Notes: generated from the letters alone by a model not told the origin. A stretch of 64,000 nt of DNA from Octopus sinensis (GCF_006345805.1 NC_042998.1:62992001-63056000); one strand, 5' to 3'. Shown: positions 12,810-26,182, counted from the first letter of the stretch. Translations and numbers: made by a program.

Positions 12810-13500
12810 CACGCGCACACACACTGACGCACACACACACGCACACGCAAACACACGCACTAGCACATACATACATACACAAACACGTGTATTACGCGCA
12901 CGCACAAGCACATACACATACACACGCACACGCACACACATACAAACACGCGCACATACACACACGCACACTCATGTACACACTCACGCACATGCACACA
13001 CGCACTCACACATGCACAGACGCATGCATACACACACGCATACACACATGGACACACACGCGCATACATACACACATGCACACACACACACACACGCACG
13101 CAAACACGCATACACGCACATAAATACACACACGCACAAGCACACATACATACACACGCGCATGCAAACACGAATACACACACGCACGCACAAGCAAACA
13201 TATTCACATACACACGCACTCAAACACTCACTCATGCACACCCGCGCACACACGCTCACGCACAGACATACACACACACGCGCGCACACGTAAACACACA
13301 CGCACTCACATACACACTCGCACGCATACACATACACACGCAAACTCATGCACACACGCACACACACACACGCACACTCATGTACACGCAATTACACGCT
13401 CACGTGCTCACACATAAACACAGGCACACACATACACATACGCACGCATAAACACACGCACGCACACACAGACAGACACGCATGCACACGAATATATGAC
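12810..13500. repeat. Degenerate (CA)n/(CACG)n low-complexity tract
   Basis: Visible cryptic CA repeats; source of His/Thr and Cys/Val ORF artefacts. Confidence 0.9.
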
Positions 13501-14071
13501 AAAGGTACAGCTACAAACACATTCAAAGAAACAAAGAACTCACACACCTAAGAAGATGCGAATATATGCGCATTCAAGCACAAAGGAAAACGCTGACCTA
13601 CACAAACACAATTACAAGCACACGTGTACATACAGCCATGCAAAACATCGGCAGAATAAGATTTGAAAGAGATCTGGTTACTATTTGTAACAGGTCACGT
13701 GAAAGTGCAGCAGCTCCCCATTGGCTCATATATAACTTTGAATGACTTTATGTCAGTGAGAAGTACGAAACACCGATTCATAATCACACAGACACATACA
13801 CGCACACACACAAAGCCATAAACGATGAAGATCTTGTGTAAATCACTTCGCTACACGCTCTATAAGTACGCTGAAATGTGTTGCAAAGAAATAAAGTGGA
13901 AGCGTTTATTGAAGATAAACAGGGTCAAAGGTAAGATTAACGCAAACCAAAAGGAGCATACTTCTTCATGGTGTTCACATTGTGAGGAACAGAATTATTG
14001 CATGCATGTGTGTGTTCATATATACATATACATATGTATACATATATATACACACCACACACACACATACC

Positions 14072-14102
<31 letters not shown>

Positions 14103-14135
14103 CTTTATTTAAAGCAGTAGAAAATTCAACAAAAT

Positions 14136-14173
14136 CTGTTACTCTGAGTTTCTCGTTGGCGTTCATCAGACAG
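14136..14173 (-). ncRNA. Minimal type I hammerhead-like motif
   Basis: Minus strand CUGU-CUGAUGA-acgccaacga-GAAA-CUCAGAGU-A-ACAG: stem I 4 bp, near-palindromic helix III ACUCAGAGU, GUA site; stem II only 2 bp. Confidence 0.5.
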
Positions 14174-14187
14174 TTTTATATATATAT

Positions 14188-14361
14188 AACGTGATGCATA
14201 TATGCCATTTGAATATGGCTAACCCAAAAGGGTGGATGCTACTGTAGTTTGTAGCCCCAGGAAGACACCTCCTCCCGCTGGTTGTCTTCCTGGGGCTACA
14301 AACTACAGTAGCATCCACTCTTTGGGTTAGCCATATTCAAATGGCATATATGCGTCACGTT
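14188..14361. repeat. Near-perfect fold-back, ~80-bp arms, 15-nt loop
   Basis: 14188-14267 is the reverse complement of 14283-14361 with two substitutions seen. Confidence 0.9.
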
Positions 14362-14400
14362 GTGTTACCGCTACTGTTTATACTCACTCTGAGATTTATC

Positions 14401-14446
<46 letters not shown>

Positions 14447-14534
14447 AGAATTCACAAACAAAAACAAAAGACGAAGACAGGTGGTGTAGAAAACAAACAG
14501 ATGCATTAGTATAGCGCTCGGTAATTGAAAAAGT

Positions 14535-14570
14535 CTTTAACGTTTCGAGCCTACGCTCTTCCACAGAAAA
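14535..14570 (-). ncRNA. Variant hammerhead motif at the Penelope terminus
   Basis: UUUU-CUGUGGA-A-GAGC(GUAG)GCUC-GAAA-CGU-U-AAAG; position 6 is U rather than A. Confidence 0.55.
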
Positions 14571-15308
14571 GAACACAGACAGAAACAAGGAGAGAAAAAA
14601 ATTGTGTAGTGGCTAAGGATCCATCATGATGAAAGCTGCAGAGAATGGTCACACAGGAGAGCTAAGTAGTAGGCGAGATAACAAAGTAGTAGTGATCCGA
14701 AAACGAAGGTGCTCGTGTGTGTAAGAGAGTACGTATGTGCGTGTGAAAGAGGGCTGGTGATCTTGACCTGTGTGTGTGTGTATGTGTCGGTGAGAAAATG
14801 TTGGGATGGGAGTTGGTCAGTGCTGGTGTGTGCGTGGTGGTGTGTGGTGATGTGATGTGTTGTATGATGTGATGGTGTTGGGAGGTGGGGGAGGCGAGAG
14901 TGGGGAAAGCACGTGTGGGGTGCGGAATAGGCTGAGGGTGGGGGTAGAGGTGGGGTATGTGGTTAGGCTGATGGTGAGGGTACATGTGGGGTATGTAGGT
15001 AGGCAGAGGGTAGGGTTAGAAGTGGGGTATAGGTGAGAAGGTGTAAGGGATGAGATGGGAAGGTGAGTAGGAATGTGCAGGGGTGGGGGGGCTTATGAGA
15101 GAAAGAGGGTATCAGAGAAGAGAGAAAGAGAGTAAGAGAAGAGAGAGGAGAGAAAGAGTGTATGGGTGAAGAGAAGTAGGGGCGATGAGAGTAGGGGTGA
15201 GAAAGAGAGTAGAGAAGAGAAAGAGAATAGAGGTGAAGAGAGTCGGAGCAAGAGAGGAGAGGGGGTGGGAGGAAGTAGGAGGGATGGGAGAGAGGCAAGG
15301 TGAGGAGG

Positions 15309-16350
15309 TCAGATGAAGAGGAGAGGAGAGTTGAGCCCATGTGGCTCAAAGGAGCGAAGAGAGAAGATTAATCCCTGTTCACGGCGCAAACGGGAGTACG
15401 GATGGCCTCTGTGGAAGGACAATCTGAACACGGACAGGTTTTGCAAAGAGTGATTGGTAGAGCAGAAATGGCGTGAGACCGTGGTGTCATTGACCGATGT
15501 CTCAGAGGTGTTCCGCGAACCGGTCAGCCAAGCGGCGTCCCCTTTGTCCGATGGACAGAGAATGGCAGAGAGAGCAGGAGATGCAATAGATGATATTGAA
15601 GGAGTCGGTGATGTGATAGGGTCGATGATAGGTGCCGGTGAGAAGGGTGGTGTTGGAGAGGTAAGAGCAAGTACTGCAGCATGGGCGGGGGCAGGGGTAC
15701 GATCCAGTTTGGGAGGTTGGGTTGGGGAAGAAGCTTTGGACCAAGAGGTCTCGTAGGTTGTGGGCTCGTTTGAAGGAGAGGAGGGGTCGGTTAGGGAAGA
15801 TGTGTGAAGTGGAGGGGTCGGACTGGGGATACCGGAAAGCTCGAGAATGGTGCGTTGGATAGAGAGGGTGGTGGGGTGGTAGGTGAGAGGAAAAAGGAGG
15901 CGAGAGACTGCAGGGCGGGTTCGGGGGAAGAGAGCAGATGTACGGTCCACGGAACGTGCTCTGGCAAGGGCGGCGTGGATAGTGATGAGGGGATATCCAC
16001 GTAGGGTGAAGTGGCGAACCATGAGTTGAGACTGAGTCTCAAAGTCATGGTCGTCACTACAGAGCCTGCGAAGTCGGAGGAATTGGGAATAGGGGATGGA
16101 AAGCTTGATGTGTTTAGGGTGGGAGGAGGAGAGGTTGAGGTATGAATGTGAGTTTGTGTATTTGTAGTGGATGAAGGTGGTAAGATTAGTGTGATGAATA
16201 CTGACTGAAATATCAAGAAAGGAGACGGAGGTGTCGGAGATAGTGCAGGAGAAGTAGCGGGCAGGATGGAAAGATTGGAAAAAAGTGAGGAATGAGTCTA
16301 GATGTACGCGGAGAGTGAGGTTGCACCGATCGAAACTGCTTACCACAGAC
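15309..16350 (-). pseudogene. Penelope-like RT thumb + GIY-YIG endonuclease, frameshifted
   Basis: FLDISV...HYKYTNSHSYLNLSSSHPKHIKLSIPYSQFLRLRRLCS, then in another frame NIIYCISCSLCHSLSIGQRGRRLADRFAEHL, then VSRHF...RREQGLIFSLRSFEPHGLN. Confidence 0.9.
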
Positions 16351-16391
16351 CATCGCATACATGCATGCATATATATATATATATATATATA

Positions 16392-16870
16392 AAATTTAAA
16401 AATAGGATAAAATCTTCATAAGAATTTATCAAGTAGTTAGCGGGAAAAACCTTATAAGAGAAAAAAATCCATCAATTTTTTCACTTAAATATATTTATTT
16501 ATACTATATAGAGGGCATTATTACACATAAATGCCACAGGTTAGGAGGGATTTTAAAGTCAAAACTACAAAAATAGATAAACACATCGAACCGAAACCAA
16601 CTGTCGAAGAAAGTCATTTAAAAACAGAATTCAGCTGCATATCACCTGGGATTTCGTAATTAGTGCAGTGGTATTTTAGTAGTCAAAACTACTAAAATAA
16701 ATAAGCATATCGTACCGAGTGCACACCACTGCATTGATTACGAAATCACAGGTGATCTGCAGCTGAAATCTGTTTTTAAATGACTTACTTTGACAATTGC
16801 ATTCGGTACGATACGTTTATTTATTTTAGTAGTTTTGACTTTAAAAGTCACTGCTAGCGTGTGGCATTTA
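16392..16870. mobile_element. Degenerate inverted-repeat element related to the 62.4-64 kb family
   Basis: ttataagagaaaaaaa...tatatagagggcatta as at 62.7 kb; about 16545-16680 and 16725-16850 are inverted. Confidence 0.55.
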
Positions 16871-16989
16871 TGTGTAATAATGCAATCTCTCTGTCTCTGT
16901 CTCTGTCTCTGCCTGTCTGTCTGTCTGTCTGTCTCTCTCACTCTCTCTCTCTCTCTATATATATATATATGTGGTGTGTGTGTGTGTGT

Positions 16990-17185
16990 ATATCCCCTAA
17001 TTCTTCGCCCTCCTGGGTGACCCTACCGTCCGACAGTCACCATGATAAATCGGTAGCCACTCCGCACAATTTATTTCTCTCCTTGTTTCTTTCTGTGTTC
17101 TTTCAGTGGAAGAGCGTAGGCTCGTGAGAGACTTTTTCACTTCCAGAGCGTTAAACTAATATATCTGGGTTTTTTTTCGTGAATC

Positions 17186-17188
<3 letters not shown>
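16990..17188 (+). mobile_element. Solo Penelope terminus, degenerate
   Basis: tttctctccttgtttctttctgtgttctttcagtggaagagcgtaggctc..., ends at (TA)n. Confidence 0.75.
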
Positions 17189-17219
<31 letters not shown>

Positions 17220-17226
17220 TATACCT

Positions 17227-17261
<35 letters not shown>

Positions 17262-17274
17262 TTCTTGTTTGGAT

Positions 17275-17343
<69 letters not shown>

Positions 17344-17607
17344 GTGGTGTGTGTGTGTGTATTATATATGTATGTATGCGATGGTTTGTGGTAAGCAGTT
17401 TCGCTTTTTACTGTTCTGTAAATGATAATAATAATATTTTATAAGCTTAAAACTTATACGGATGGGACTCGAAGAGTTCAAATTCCATGCGTACGGAAAC
17501 CTTACTTTTTTCCGTCGCGGTATTATATGCCCCAATATTTGACTATTTTCCTTAGTCATTACACGGTTTAAGTCATATATATATATATATATATATAATA
17601 TATATAA

Positions 17608-17760
17608 AGGGAAATTTTACGAAAATAAACAAAAGACGAAGGCAGGTGGTGTACAAACAAACAGATGTATTAGTATAGCGCTCAAGAATAGAAAAAGTCT
17701 TTTACGTTTCGAGCCTACGCTCTTCTACAGAAAGGTACACAGAAAAAAAAACAAGGAGAG
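17608..17760 (-). mobile_element. Solo Penelope terminus with variant hammerhead (17699-17734)
   Basis: Minus strand CUUU-CUGUAGA-A-GAGC(GUAG)GCUC-GAAA-CGU-A-AAAG; abuts (TA)n. Confidence 0.8.
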
Positions 17761-18419
17761 AAAATAAGGAGATTGAAAAGGAGAGAAAAAAAGGAGAGAA
17801 AAAAGGTTAGAAAAAAATGATAAAATCAAATAAATAATAACAGACGATGGATAATTGCCAGCTCATTACAACTGTTTCTTAAACATTCTTTAATATAAGA
17901 ATGAGAACATTACTCCTTAACAAAACAACCTCAATTATCAGATGAAATGTAAATCTCCAAACAAAAGGATATCTCAAGAAAGCAGCAGGGACGTGGATGA
18001 AATCTGTCGAGGCTACCTGGTGCTCAAATCTATCTGAATCTTTATTTTGGTATATATATATATATATATATTATGTTATATATATAATATATATATAATA
18101 TATATGGTAAATTCTCTCACCGAAGACGATGAATGAGGGTTCAGTAAATAACCTGGAACAATTCCTAAGCCCTGTGACATCGTATGTGTATCTTAAAAAA
18201 AAAAAGAAAAACCACACATCGATGCGCCAAACCTCAGGTGTTATTGAGTGAAAATGGTTTACTGAACAACCAGCACTTTGACTTGTTTAAAGTGGTCATT
18301 GCTTGTGCTGAACAAAGCACACTCTCTCCATCGAATTAACATGGTCTGTACAGGTGCACGGTGTGCCACACGTCAGATGATAAAACGATCGCAGGATTTT
18401 CTTGTAAGAGTGTTCCGTC

Positions 18420-18635
18420 TCCTAGATCAGTTGTGAGAATCAACACTAAAGGGTGTGATCCACCCTGGTAGGCTTTCCGCGCGCCTGGGCACCCTGCCAG
18501 GTATTTCTAGGTCCTCGCATGATACAGCCCTAAGACATTTATTGGAAGGCTGTTGACTCTCAAGAGTTTCTCCGCCCTTTGACGGGTTTTGTTTTTCATC
18601 CCGCAGGTGTCCAATAAACACCCTCCTCACCAAGC
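18420..18635 (-). mobile_element. Possible non-LTR (RTE-like) 5' UTR fragment
   Basis: GC-richer island starting gcttggtgaggagggtgttt on minus; recognised by resemblance only. Confidence 0.3.
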
Positions 18636-18821
18636 ATTATTTAAATTAAATTTAAGTGTTGAAGTGAATCTAACGATTACTTAAATGGCTTATAAACACC
18701 TTCCACGCTGCAATTGTTTTGGCTCCAAAACACGCCTGGATGCAAGTACATCTCTCTCTCTCTCTCTCTCTCTGTGTCTCTTCTCTCTCTATATATATAT
18801 ATACACACACACAACACACAA

Positions 18822-18863
<42 letters not shown>

Positions 18864-18907
18864 TATATATATATATATATATATACACATATATATATAT
18901 ATATATA

Positions 18908-19250
18908 TGGTGCTTGTCTACTCCTGTACCTAGACCTTAGCACCGTCATGGCATCTGATGTGGCTTTTTAAACCAGATAATTTTCTGGAAAGAAGCCCAC
19001 AGAGATTGCACCTCCGATTTGGACCATCAAGAACAGCAGATAAGTTCTGCTCTTTGTGTATCTTAAAATGTTTCTTGAGGCCTCCGTTTAGATTTTCAAA
19101 CCTTCTGGCATACACCACATTCAAAGGTGTGCTCAGAGATATAAGCGGAATGGTTGGTAGAAGTTTGTTATCCATGAGTTCGCAGATGAGATTTGAGGCC
19201 TGCAAAAGATAGGCAGTGGTCAGTCACAGACTGTGCACACAAAATAGTCA
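18908..19250 (-). mobile_element. RTE-like LINE 3' end with C2H2 motif
   Basis: CNLCGLLSRKLSGLKSHIRCH followed by a stop, short 3' UTR and (TA)n. Confidence 0.55.
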
Positions 19251-19884
19251 TTGTCAGTCACCTTTTCAATCGTTACATTCTTCCTTAGATTTCTATTAAA
19301 TCTTACTTGTGTTATCCTGGCCTCTTCAAATGCTTTCACTCTTCTCCACACCTTTGTTCGCCATCCAACTCGATCATAGTAGTCATTATGCTGTCCTTAA
19401 ACCTTGTTTTAGGTTTACGCTGATTGCGTTACCCCTCTACAAACTCACCATAAAACAGCTGTTTCGGCATGCGTTCATCTGCCAAACGAATATGACCACA
19501 CCATTTCAATTGGTTCCTCAAAATCATAACTCTAGTTGAGGTGGTGACTGCAGATGCAAGGACATCTGTGTTTGAAGTAAAGGAACTCCATTTAATTTTT
19601 AAAACGCGATTAAGGCATTTCTAGTGGAATTGTTCTAACAATTAAAAATGCCTTTAATAACAAGTCCAAGTTTCACAGGAAAACAACAGGGATGGTAAGA
19701 CAAAGGATTTGTAAAAAGCCATTTCTAAAATTCTTATTTATATGTCGCTGGCACCAAACACGTGATTCCAAGCGACTAAATACTTTTGCTGCCCTTTGAA
19801 TTAGCAGCTGTATTTCTGCATCAAGATTTCCATAATTTTGAACAGAGCTTCCAAGGTAGACGAACGAATCGACAACCTCAAGTT

Positions 19885-20105
19885 ATTTATAAATAATCAA
19901 AGAAAAGGACGAAAAAGCGCAAAGAAAAAAAAATGACGCAAGGTCGTGGTACATGCAAAGTATCAATAGACGCTCAGGGAAGGAAAGAAAAGTAGTTTTA
20001 TGTTTCGAGCAAAGCTCTTCTTCCGAAACAGGAAACAGAGGAAAGTCCAATAGAAAACGAAGATGGAGGAAAAAAATCGCCAACGATCCACATGTGGTTA
20101 CATTA
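19885..20105 (-). mobile_element. Penelope-like terminus, sister family, variant hammerhead 19995-20029
   Basis: GUUU-CGGAAGA-A-GAGC(UUU)GCUC-GAAA-CAU-A-AAAC; U4 changed to G. Confidence 0.6.
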
Positions 20106-20729
20106 AATATATATATATACATACCAACACACATATATGTAACTTTATGTACGAATATATAAAAATCAAAATTTGACTGTTTACTTTAATTTTTATCGTT
20201 GCCTGCTTTATTCACGAGTGTCTCGCAACCCAATTAAACTCGAAACTCAAAGTAAACTGACCACGTTTAATATACTGAATATATCATATACCTATACTCT
20301 ACCGAACAAATTCTATTTCGTATCATGTTTAAACTATTAACATATACTTCTATATTCGATGCCGCTTTAATATTGTTTTCAAATTTTGACACAAGGCTAG
20401 CAATTTCAACGGAGGGGATATATCTATTAAATCGACCCCAGTGCTCAACTGACGCTTATTTTATTGACCCGGAATGGATGAAAAGCAATGTCGACCTCGG
20501 CGGAATTTCATCTCAGCACACTGCATTTTTGAAGCTCTAATATTGATATATATAAATGATAGATGATCGCGCATTCACACTCACACACATACACGCAGTT
20601 ATAAATATATAAGACCCATGATATTGGTAAATAATTGTTTAAGGAATTTTCAGGAAATAGTTTTAGTATTACTGTAAATAATAAGCTTAATCGCCGTTAA
20701 TTTTCTACAAAGAGCGTTGAGAAAAAATA

Positions 20730-20935
20730 ACAATAATTTCAGATGACGCCACAAAAGCAGTGAGGTGTTTCTGTTCGCAAATAGAAAATCAAATCACCAA
20801 CCTTGAAGATCTTGGTCAGCAACGTTACTAAGCAGATATACAGGGCATCTTCCGATGAAGTTGTTTTGTGGGAAGCTGCTGGTTATTATAATGAAGCACT
20901 GAAAAAGAGTGGGTCCTCCGAAAAGACTTGATACA
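20730..20935 (+). pseudogene. Degenerate Penelope-like RT C-terminal fragment (second family)
   Basis: KSNH... then NVTKQIYRASSDEVVLWEAAGYYNEALKKSG, resembling the PLE 'SS..IF..AA.YYN.AL..SG' segment. Confidence 0.55.
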
Positions 20936-20989
20936 TATAAGCAGTGGTAGGGAACAGTGTAAGAATAGGAATCTTAATCATATTTTAGT

Positions 20990-22310
20990 AGGAGGTGGTC
21001 ATTAAAGACTACAGAAACGACTCCAGAGCTACATCAATCAGCGTTATCACTATCACATCACAACGACTGCAACCTCCATCACTTCCGCTAACTCTATTAA
21101 TTCTCTCAGCAGCTTCAACACCATAACGAACACGACCATCACCATCACCATTATGACCACCGCTATCACCACCTAACCAACATCACCACTACTACGGCTG
21201 TCACTTTGACCATTTCTACCACGACCATCACCTCTGAAACTCCATTACAGAAACTACCTCCAACACAATCATCATCAACAACAACAACTCCCTGTCACCT
21301 CCCAATCATCACTGTCTACACCATCCTCACTATTACCACTCATATCACACCGCTACCATCCCCATGACGAGAACGATGACGAGACCACCGCCACCACCAA
21401 CGTCATCGCTATCTTTTGCTCTACCAAGATTCCTTCCTTCCTTCCATCCTTCCTTCCTTCCCTCATCCTCCCTCTCCATCACTAATGGTTTTTCCCATCA
21501 CCACAATAACAACAACAACAAACACCGTCTTCAACATCTCTGCCACCGACACCGTCACCTTCACAAATACAGGCAACACCACCGCTACCACTATCATTCT
21601 CGTCCCTTTCTGCATCGACACAAGAGCTCAGCCACTGTCGTAATAACCTCTCTAACCATCACCATCACAACCACCACTTGCCACCATCACCATCACCACT
21701 CACAACCGTCAGCATTACGACTTACAACAATCACCATCATCATCATCATTACTGCGATACATCACCATAGCCACTCACAAGCATTACTGTCACCACTAGC
21801 AACCATCACACCATCATCACCACTCTCGACCATCACCATCATCACTCACAACCATCAACATCACCATCAGCATCAACATCTCCACTCACAACCATCACCA
21901 TACCATCATCACTCACAACCATCACCATCACTATTATCACTCACAACCATCACCATCACTACAACCAGCACCATGACTATCATCACTCACAACTATCACC
22001 ACTGAAAACCATCACCATAATCACTCACAACCATCACTATCACCCTAACCACCACCACTCACAACAATCACCATCACCACTCATAACAATCGGCAACACC
22101 ACACAACCCTCACCATAACCATCATCACCATCACTATTATCACTCACAACAATCACCATCACCATCACTACTCACAACCATCACAATCACTCTCACCACT
22201 CACAATCATCACCATCACCGTCACCACTCACAACCATCACCATCACCGTCACCACTCAAAACCATCACCATCAACATAACCATTATCATTACCATCACCA
22301 TCTCTGGTGG
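20990..22310. repeat. 1.3-kb (CAT/CAC/CAA) low-complexity tract with higher-order catcactcacaac unit
   Basis: Visible repeats. Confidence 0.9.
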
Positions 22311-22939
22311 CGCCTCTTGCAAACAGTTTCACTTTTATTTACCAAATGATTTCTTCTTTGCACATTTTCTAATTCAACAAATTTAATACTTTGAATTTTT
22401 CCGTCCTTCAGTTCTTTAGTTCTTCAGTTCTTCATATTCTTCACCATATCTTCACCGTGTCTTCAACTTTATCTTCGTTACTTTCCATATACTAGCTTAA
22501 TATAATTGGCAAAAACATCTCCATTGTGATTACCAGGATGGGGAGATTTCGTAGCTGGAGGCAGGAAGATATTATTTCGACTTGTTTACGTGTAAGGTGC
22601 CAAATTATGATGGAGGATAACTGGCGTGATACGCAGTTTTTCTTTCACGTTAATTACGTTACATAATTACCGGGGTTCATACTGACACGCAACTCGGGTC
22701 TCAATGAAATATTAAATTCTTCTTTTAACGCAAAATTTACAGGAAAGTAACAATCTGTTTGTATATTTGTTTCACTTATTTTTTTTTATTTTTCTATAGA
22801 CTTTATTCTAATAATTAATGTATTTCTTTCTTTCTTTCTTTTTTTCTTTCTTTCTTTCCTTCTTTCGTCCATGTCTCTTACGTTCCATGTACATTAACAC
22901 TACACCTAAACACATATGATTTATACATCTGTGTGTGTG

Positions 22940-22946
22940 GGTGTGT

Positions 22947-23006
<60 letters not shown>

Positions 23007-23239
23007 CTCTCTCTCTCTCTATCCATACATACATCCATGCATCCATCTATTCATACATACATACATATATATATACACACACATACACACACACACATAT
23101 ATATATATACATATATATATATATGTATACACAATAAATGTACACACACAATATACATACACATACACACACACACATATATATATATATGTATATGCAT
23201 ACACAATCAATATACACACACAATATATATATATATGTA

Positions 23240-23334
<95 letters not shown>

Positions 23335-23400
23335 ATATATATATATATATACATACACATATATCTAATTAGATATAAATATGTAAATAGATATAGTTTA
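22940..23400. repeat. Compound (TA)/(CA)/(TG)/(TATC) microsatellite
   Basis: Visible repeats. Confidence 0.9.
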
Positions 23401-23784
23401 CATACACCCATATGTGTGTGTGTATGCATTCTTAGACATGTATATTGGTGTATAATGCATTTTGCGGAATGCTTGATTAAAATCATGTGTGTTCGGTGGT
23501 ATGGGTCTTGTGTGTATTTATGTTTATGTGTGTAAATAAACACGTAATTTGTGTTTTGCAGATGTTAAAAATCTAATTTCATTTTTTTTCTTCCGAGTTT
23601 ATTTTTAAGAAGATAAAATATCAAACTAACATTATATTAATCTTTATCAATATAATTGAACCTCCAAAGCAAATTACAGCTGAAGCCAACCAACGCCGGA
23701 CGTTCTGCATGGTCACTCGAACTATTAGAAATAGCAGCCAAATATCACCCAAAATCAATATGTTTAAAGTATACTTTGTAGTTG

Positions 23785-23984
23785 TTTCTTTACTACCCAC
23801 ACGGGGCTAAACACACAGGGGACAAACAAGGATAGACAAACGGATTAAGTCGACTAAATCGACCCCAGTGCGAAACTGGTACTTAATTTATCGACCTTGA
23901 AAGGTAAAGTCGACCTCGGCGGAATTTGAACTCAGAACGTAATGCCAGACGAAATACGGCTACGCATTTCGCCCGGCGTGCTAA
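23785..23984 (-). mobile_element. SINE-B, LINE-tail subtype
   Basis: Minus strand body acgttctgagttcaaattccgccgaggtcgac, tail ttagccccgtgtgggtagtaaagaaa. Confidence 0.85.
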
Positions 23985-25551
23985 GAGTATACGTAGTAGT
24001 GTCTCGTAGTCTTAGGAAAACAGACTTGAAATTTCTTGCTGTAAAAACTGAGCTGATGATATGTCTATAGTAATCTAATGTTTGCGTTGTACATTAGCTC
24101 CACGCTCCATCAAATTGATATTGTCGGAAACGAAAAAAGTCGATTTACACGGTTTACCATTCGTGATGTGTCGAAATGATTGCAGAGGAATGTGAGAGGT
24201 GATTTGCTCAAGAACACGACGCATCATCCGGTCCAGGAAATGAAACTACGCTCTCTAGATCTTGAGTGCAACATGAAAACCACTAAGTCATAGGTTTTCG
24301 ACTATTAAAAATAATAGGAAAAATATTTTAGTTTATGTATTCGTGTGAATGTGCATGGCTTAGTGATTCCGGCTCTCGGCCGACGATAATAATATTGCGG
24401 TTCAATTTATTGGACAGAATGTGTGTTGTGTCTCTCTTTGAAGCACCTTGCTCTACGTTGCTCCAGTTTATTCAGCTAAAAATAGGTGCGACCCGAGTGC
24501 TGGTACAATTATGTCTCTCTTCCTCTCTCTCTCTCTCTATTTCTCTCTATTTCTCTCCCCTTCTCCAGAGACCCCATCCTGGATGTGCCACTGGATAAAA
24601 TGTGGGAAATCGAGCAGTATACTTATAGACAAATATGAAAAAAGAGAGAGAAAAATCATGAAAGTATACTAGTTAACGCTTGACTCTTTTTAATGTATTC
24701 TTATATAAAAGATATCTGGATAGGCCGCCTTCTTTGATAATTAATCAGGTCAATTTGGGAAGAAAGAAACAACAGCGAGTGGTTGGACAAAAACCTGAGA
24801 TTGAAGAACAGCACTAAAATTAATGAATGATTCATCATAGCTACCATAAGAGTAACAAAACCTAAATAACTAAATATAAAAACAATATAGAAACGGAATT
24901 TGCAACAGCAATGGATTTACTAGAATCCGTAATGCTTTGCACAAAATGCTTTGTGAATATTTCACTACGGCACGTGAAATCGAAACCTACTTCTTTTTAT
25001 TTTATTTTATTTTTTTTACTTCTAACTCCAATAAAAGAGGTAGTAGTGAAATAATAGGAATCATCTAATCGTTTAATCTCTAATTCCGACAAATTGGAAC
25101 CTATTTACCGATGACAGAAATCAATATATTTCTATTTAAAAAGCTGTAGGTGGCCAGCTCAAAGCGTGGAAGTATGAGGGACGAACGTCTTTGCAATATC
25201 ATTGAATCCAGTGCTAAACTAGTTTTCGTTTTATCGATGCCAAGACGATGAGAGGGATATAGGGTGAATTTGAACTGAGAACAGAAAACTAGAGCAATTG
25301 CCGCTAAGCCTCTTGTCCAGTGTCAACGCTCCTGCCAACTCACCGCCTTAGAGAGATGAATGTAATGGCATATATATGCAAACATTCATAGTACATACAT
25401 ATATATATATATATATACACACACATATATATATATACACACACACATATATATACATATATACATATATATATATATATTATATATATATATATATATG
25501 TACATATATATATATATAGATACATGTTCATATATACATATATATATATAT

Positions 25552-25612
<61 letters not shown>

Positions 25613-25851
25613 ATATATATATATATATACAAAGGGTTTAGAATACGACCATATCAAGTGGAAAATTCCGTGTAGTTTAATAATTACTATAGGTATATAA
25701 TAATATAAATATAATTATAATTAAGGGTTCCGAAGCAGCGCCACCATTCCAGAAATTGCAGTCAAAACTGACTATAAAACCACATCATGTATTCATATAG
25801 CACGAATGATAATATAAAAGAACACAGAAATTAGCAAAAATTGAATGGTTA

Positions 25852-25909
25852 ACTTCATATCGAGGATTTCAGGCTGGTGATAAAATACTTTGCCTTCATC
25901 AGTGGAAGT
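25852..25909 (-). ncRNA. Type I hammerhead motif
   Basis: ACUUCCA-CUGAUGA-AGGC...GCCU-GAAA-UCcucGAU-A-UGAAGU; helix I has a one-base gap. Confidence 0.55.
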
Positions 25910-25955
25910 ACAGCAAAATTAGTAGATAATTACACACACACACACACACACGCAG

Positions 25956-26030
<75 letters not shown>

Positions 26031-26182
26031 TTAGAGGTTAGGCAACCAACTAAGGATAATAAATATCAATATATTACTGGAGAGATTCCTATTTACATCA
26101 AAATACTTACTATTGTAAAGCAATAGTGCAATGGAATGATATGTGTAAGTGGAGGGAAACAAACGTTTATCCAGAATTCATA

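Larger units (their letters stand above)
14445..16350 (-). mobile_element. 5'-truncated Penelope-like retroelement (RT C-terminus, GIY-YIG, CT/CA-rich 3' region, hammerhead-bearing terminus)
   Basis: Protein motifs below; (TA)n at both ends; terminus shared with several solo copies. Confidence 0.9.

Noticed and set aside
14188-14361. Possible pre-miRNA or terminator hairpin
   Set aside because: Stem too long and perfect; better explained as an inverted duplication
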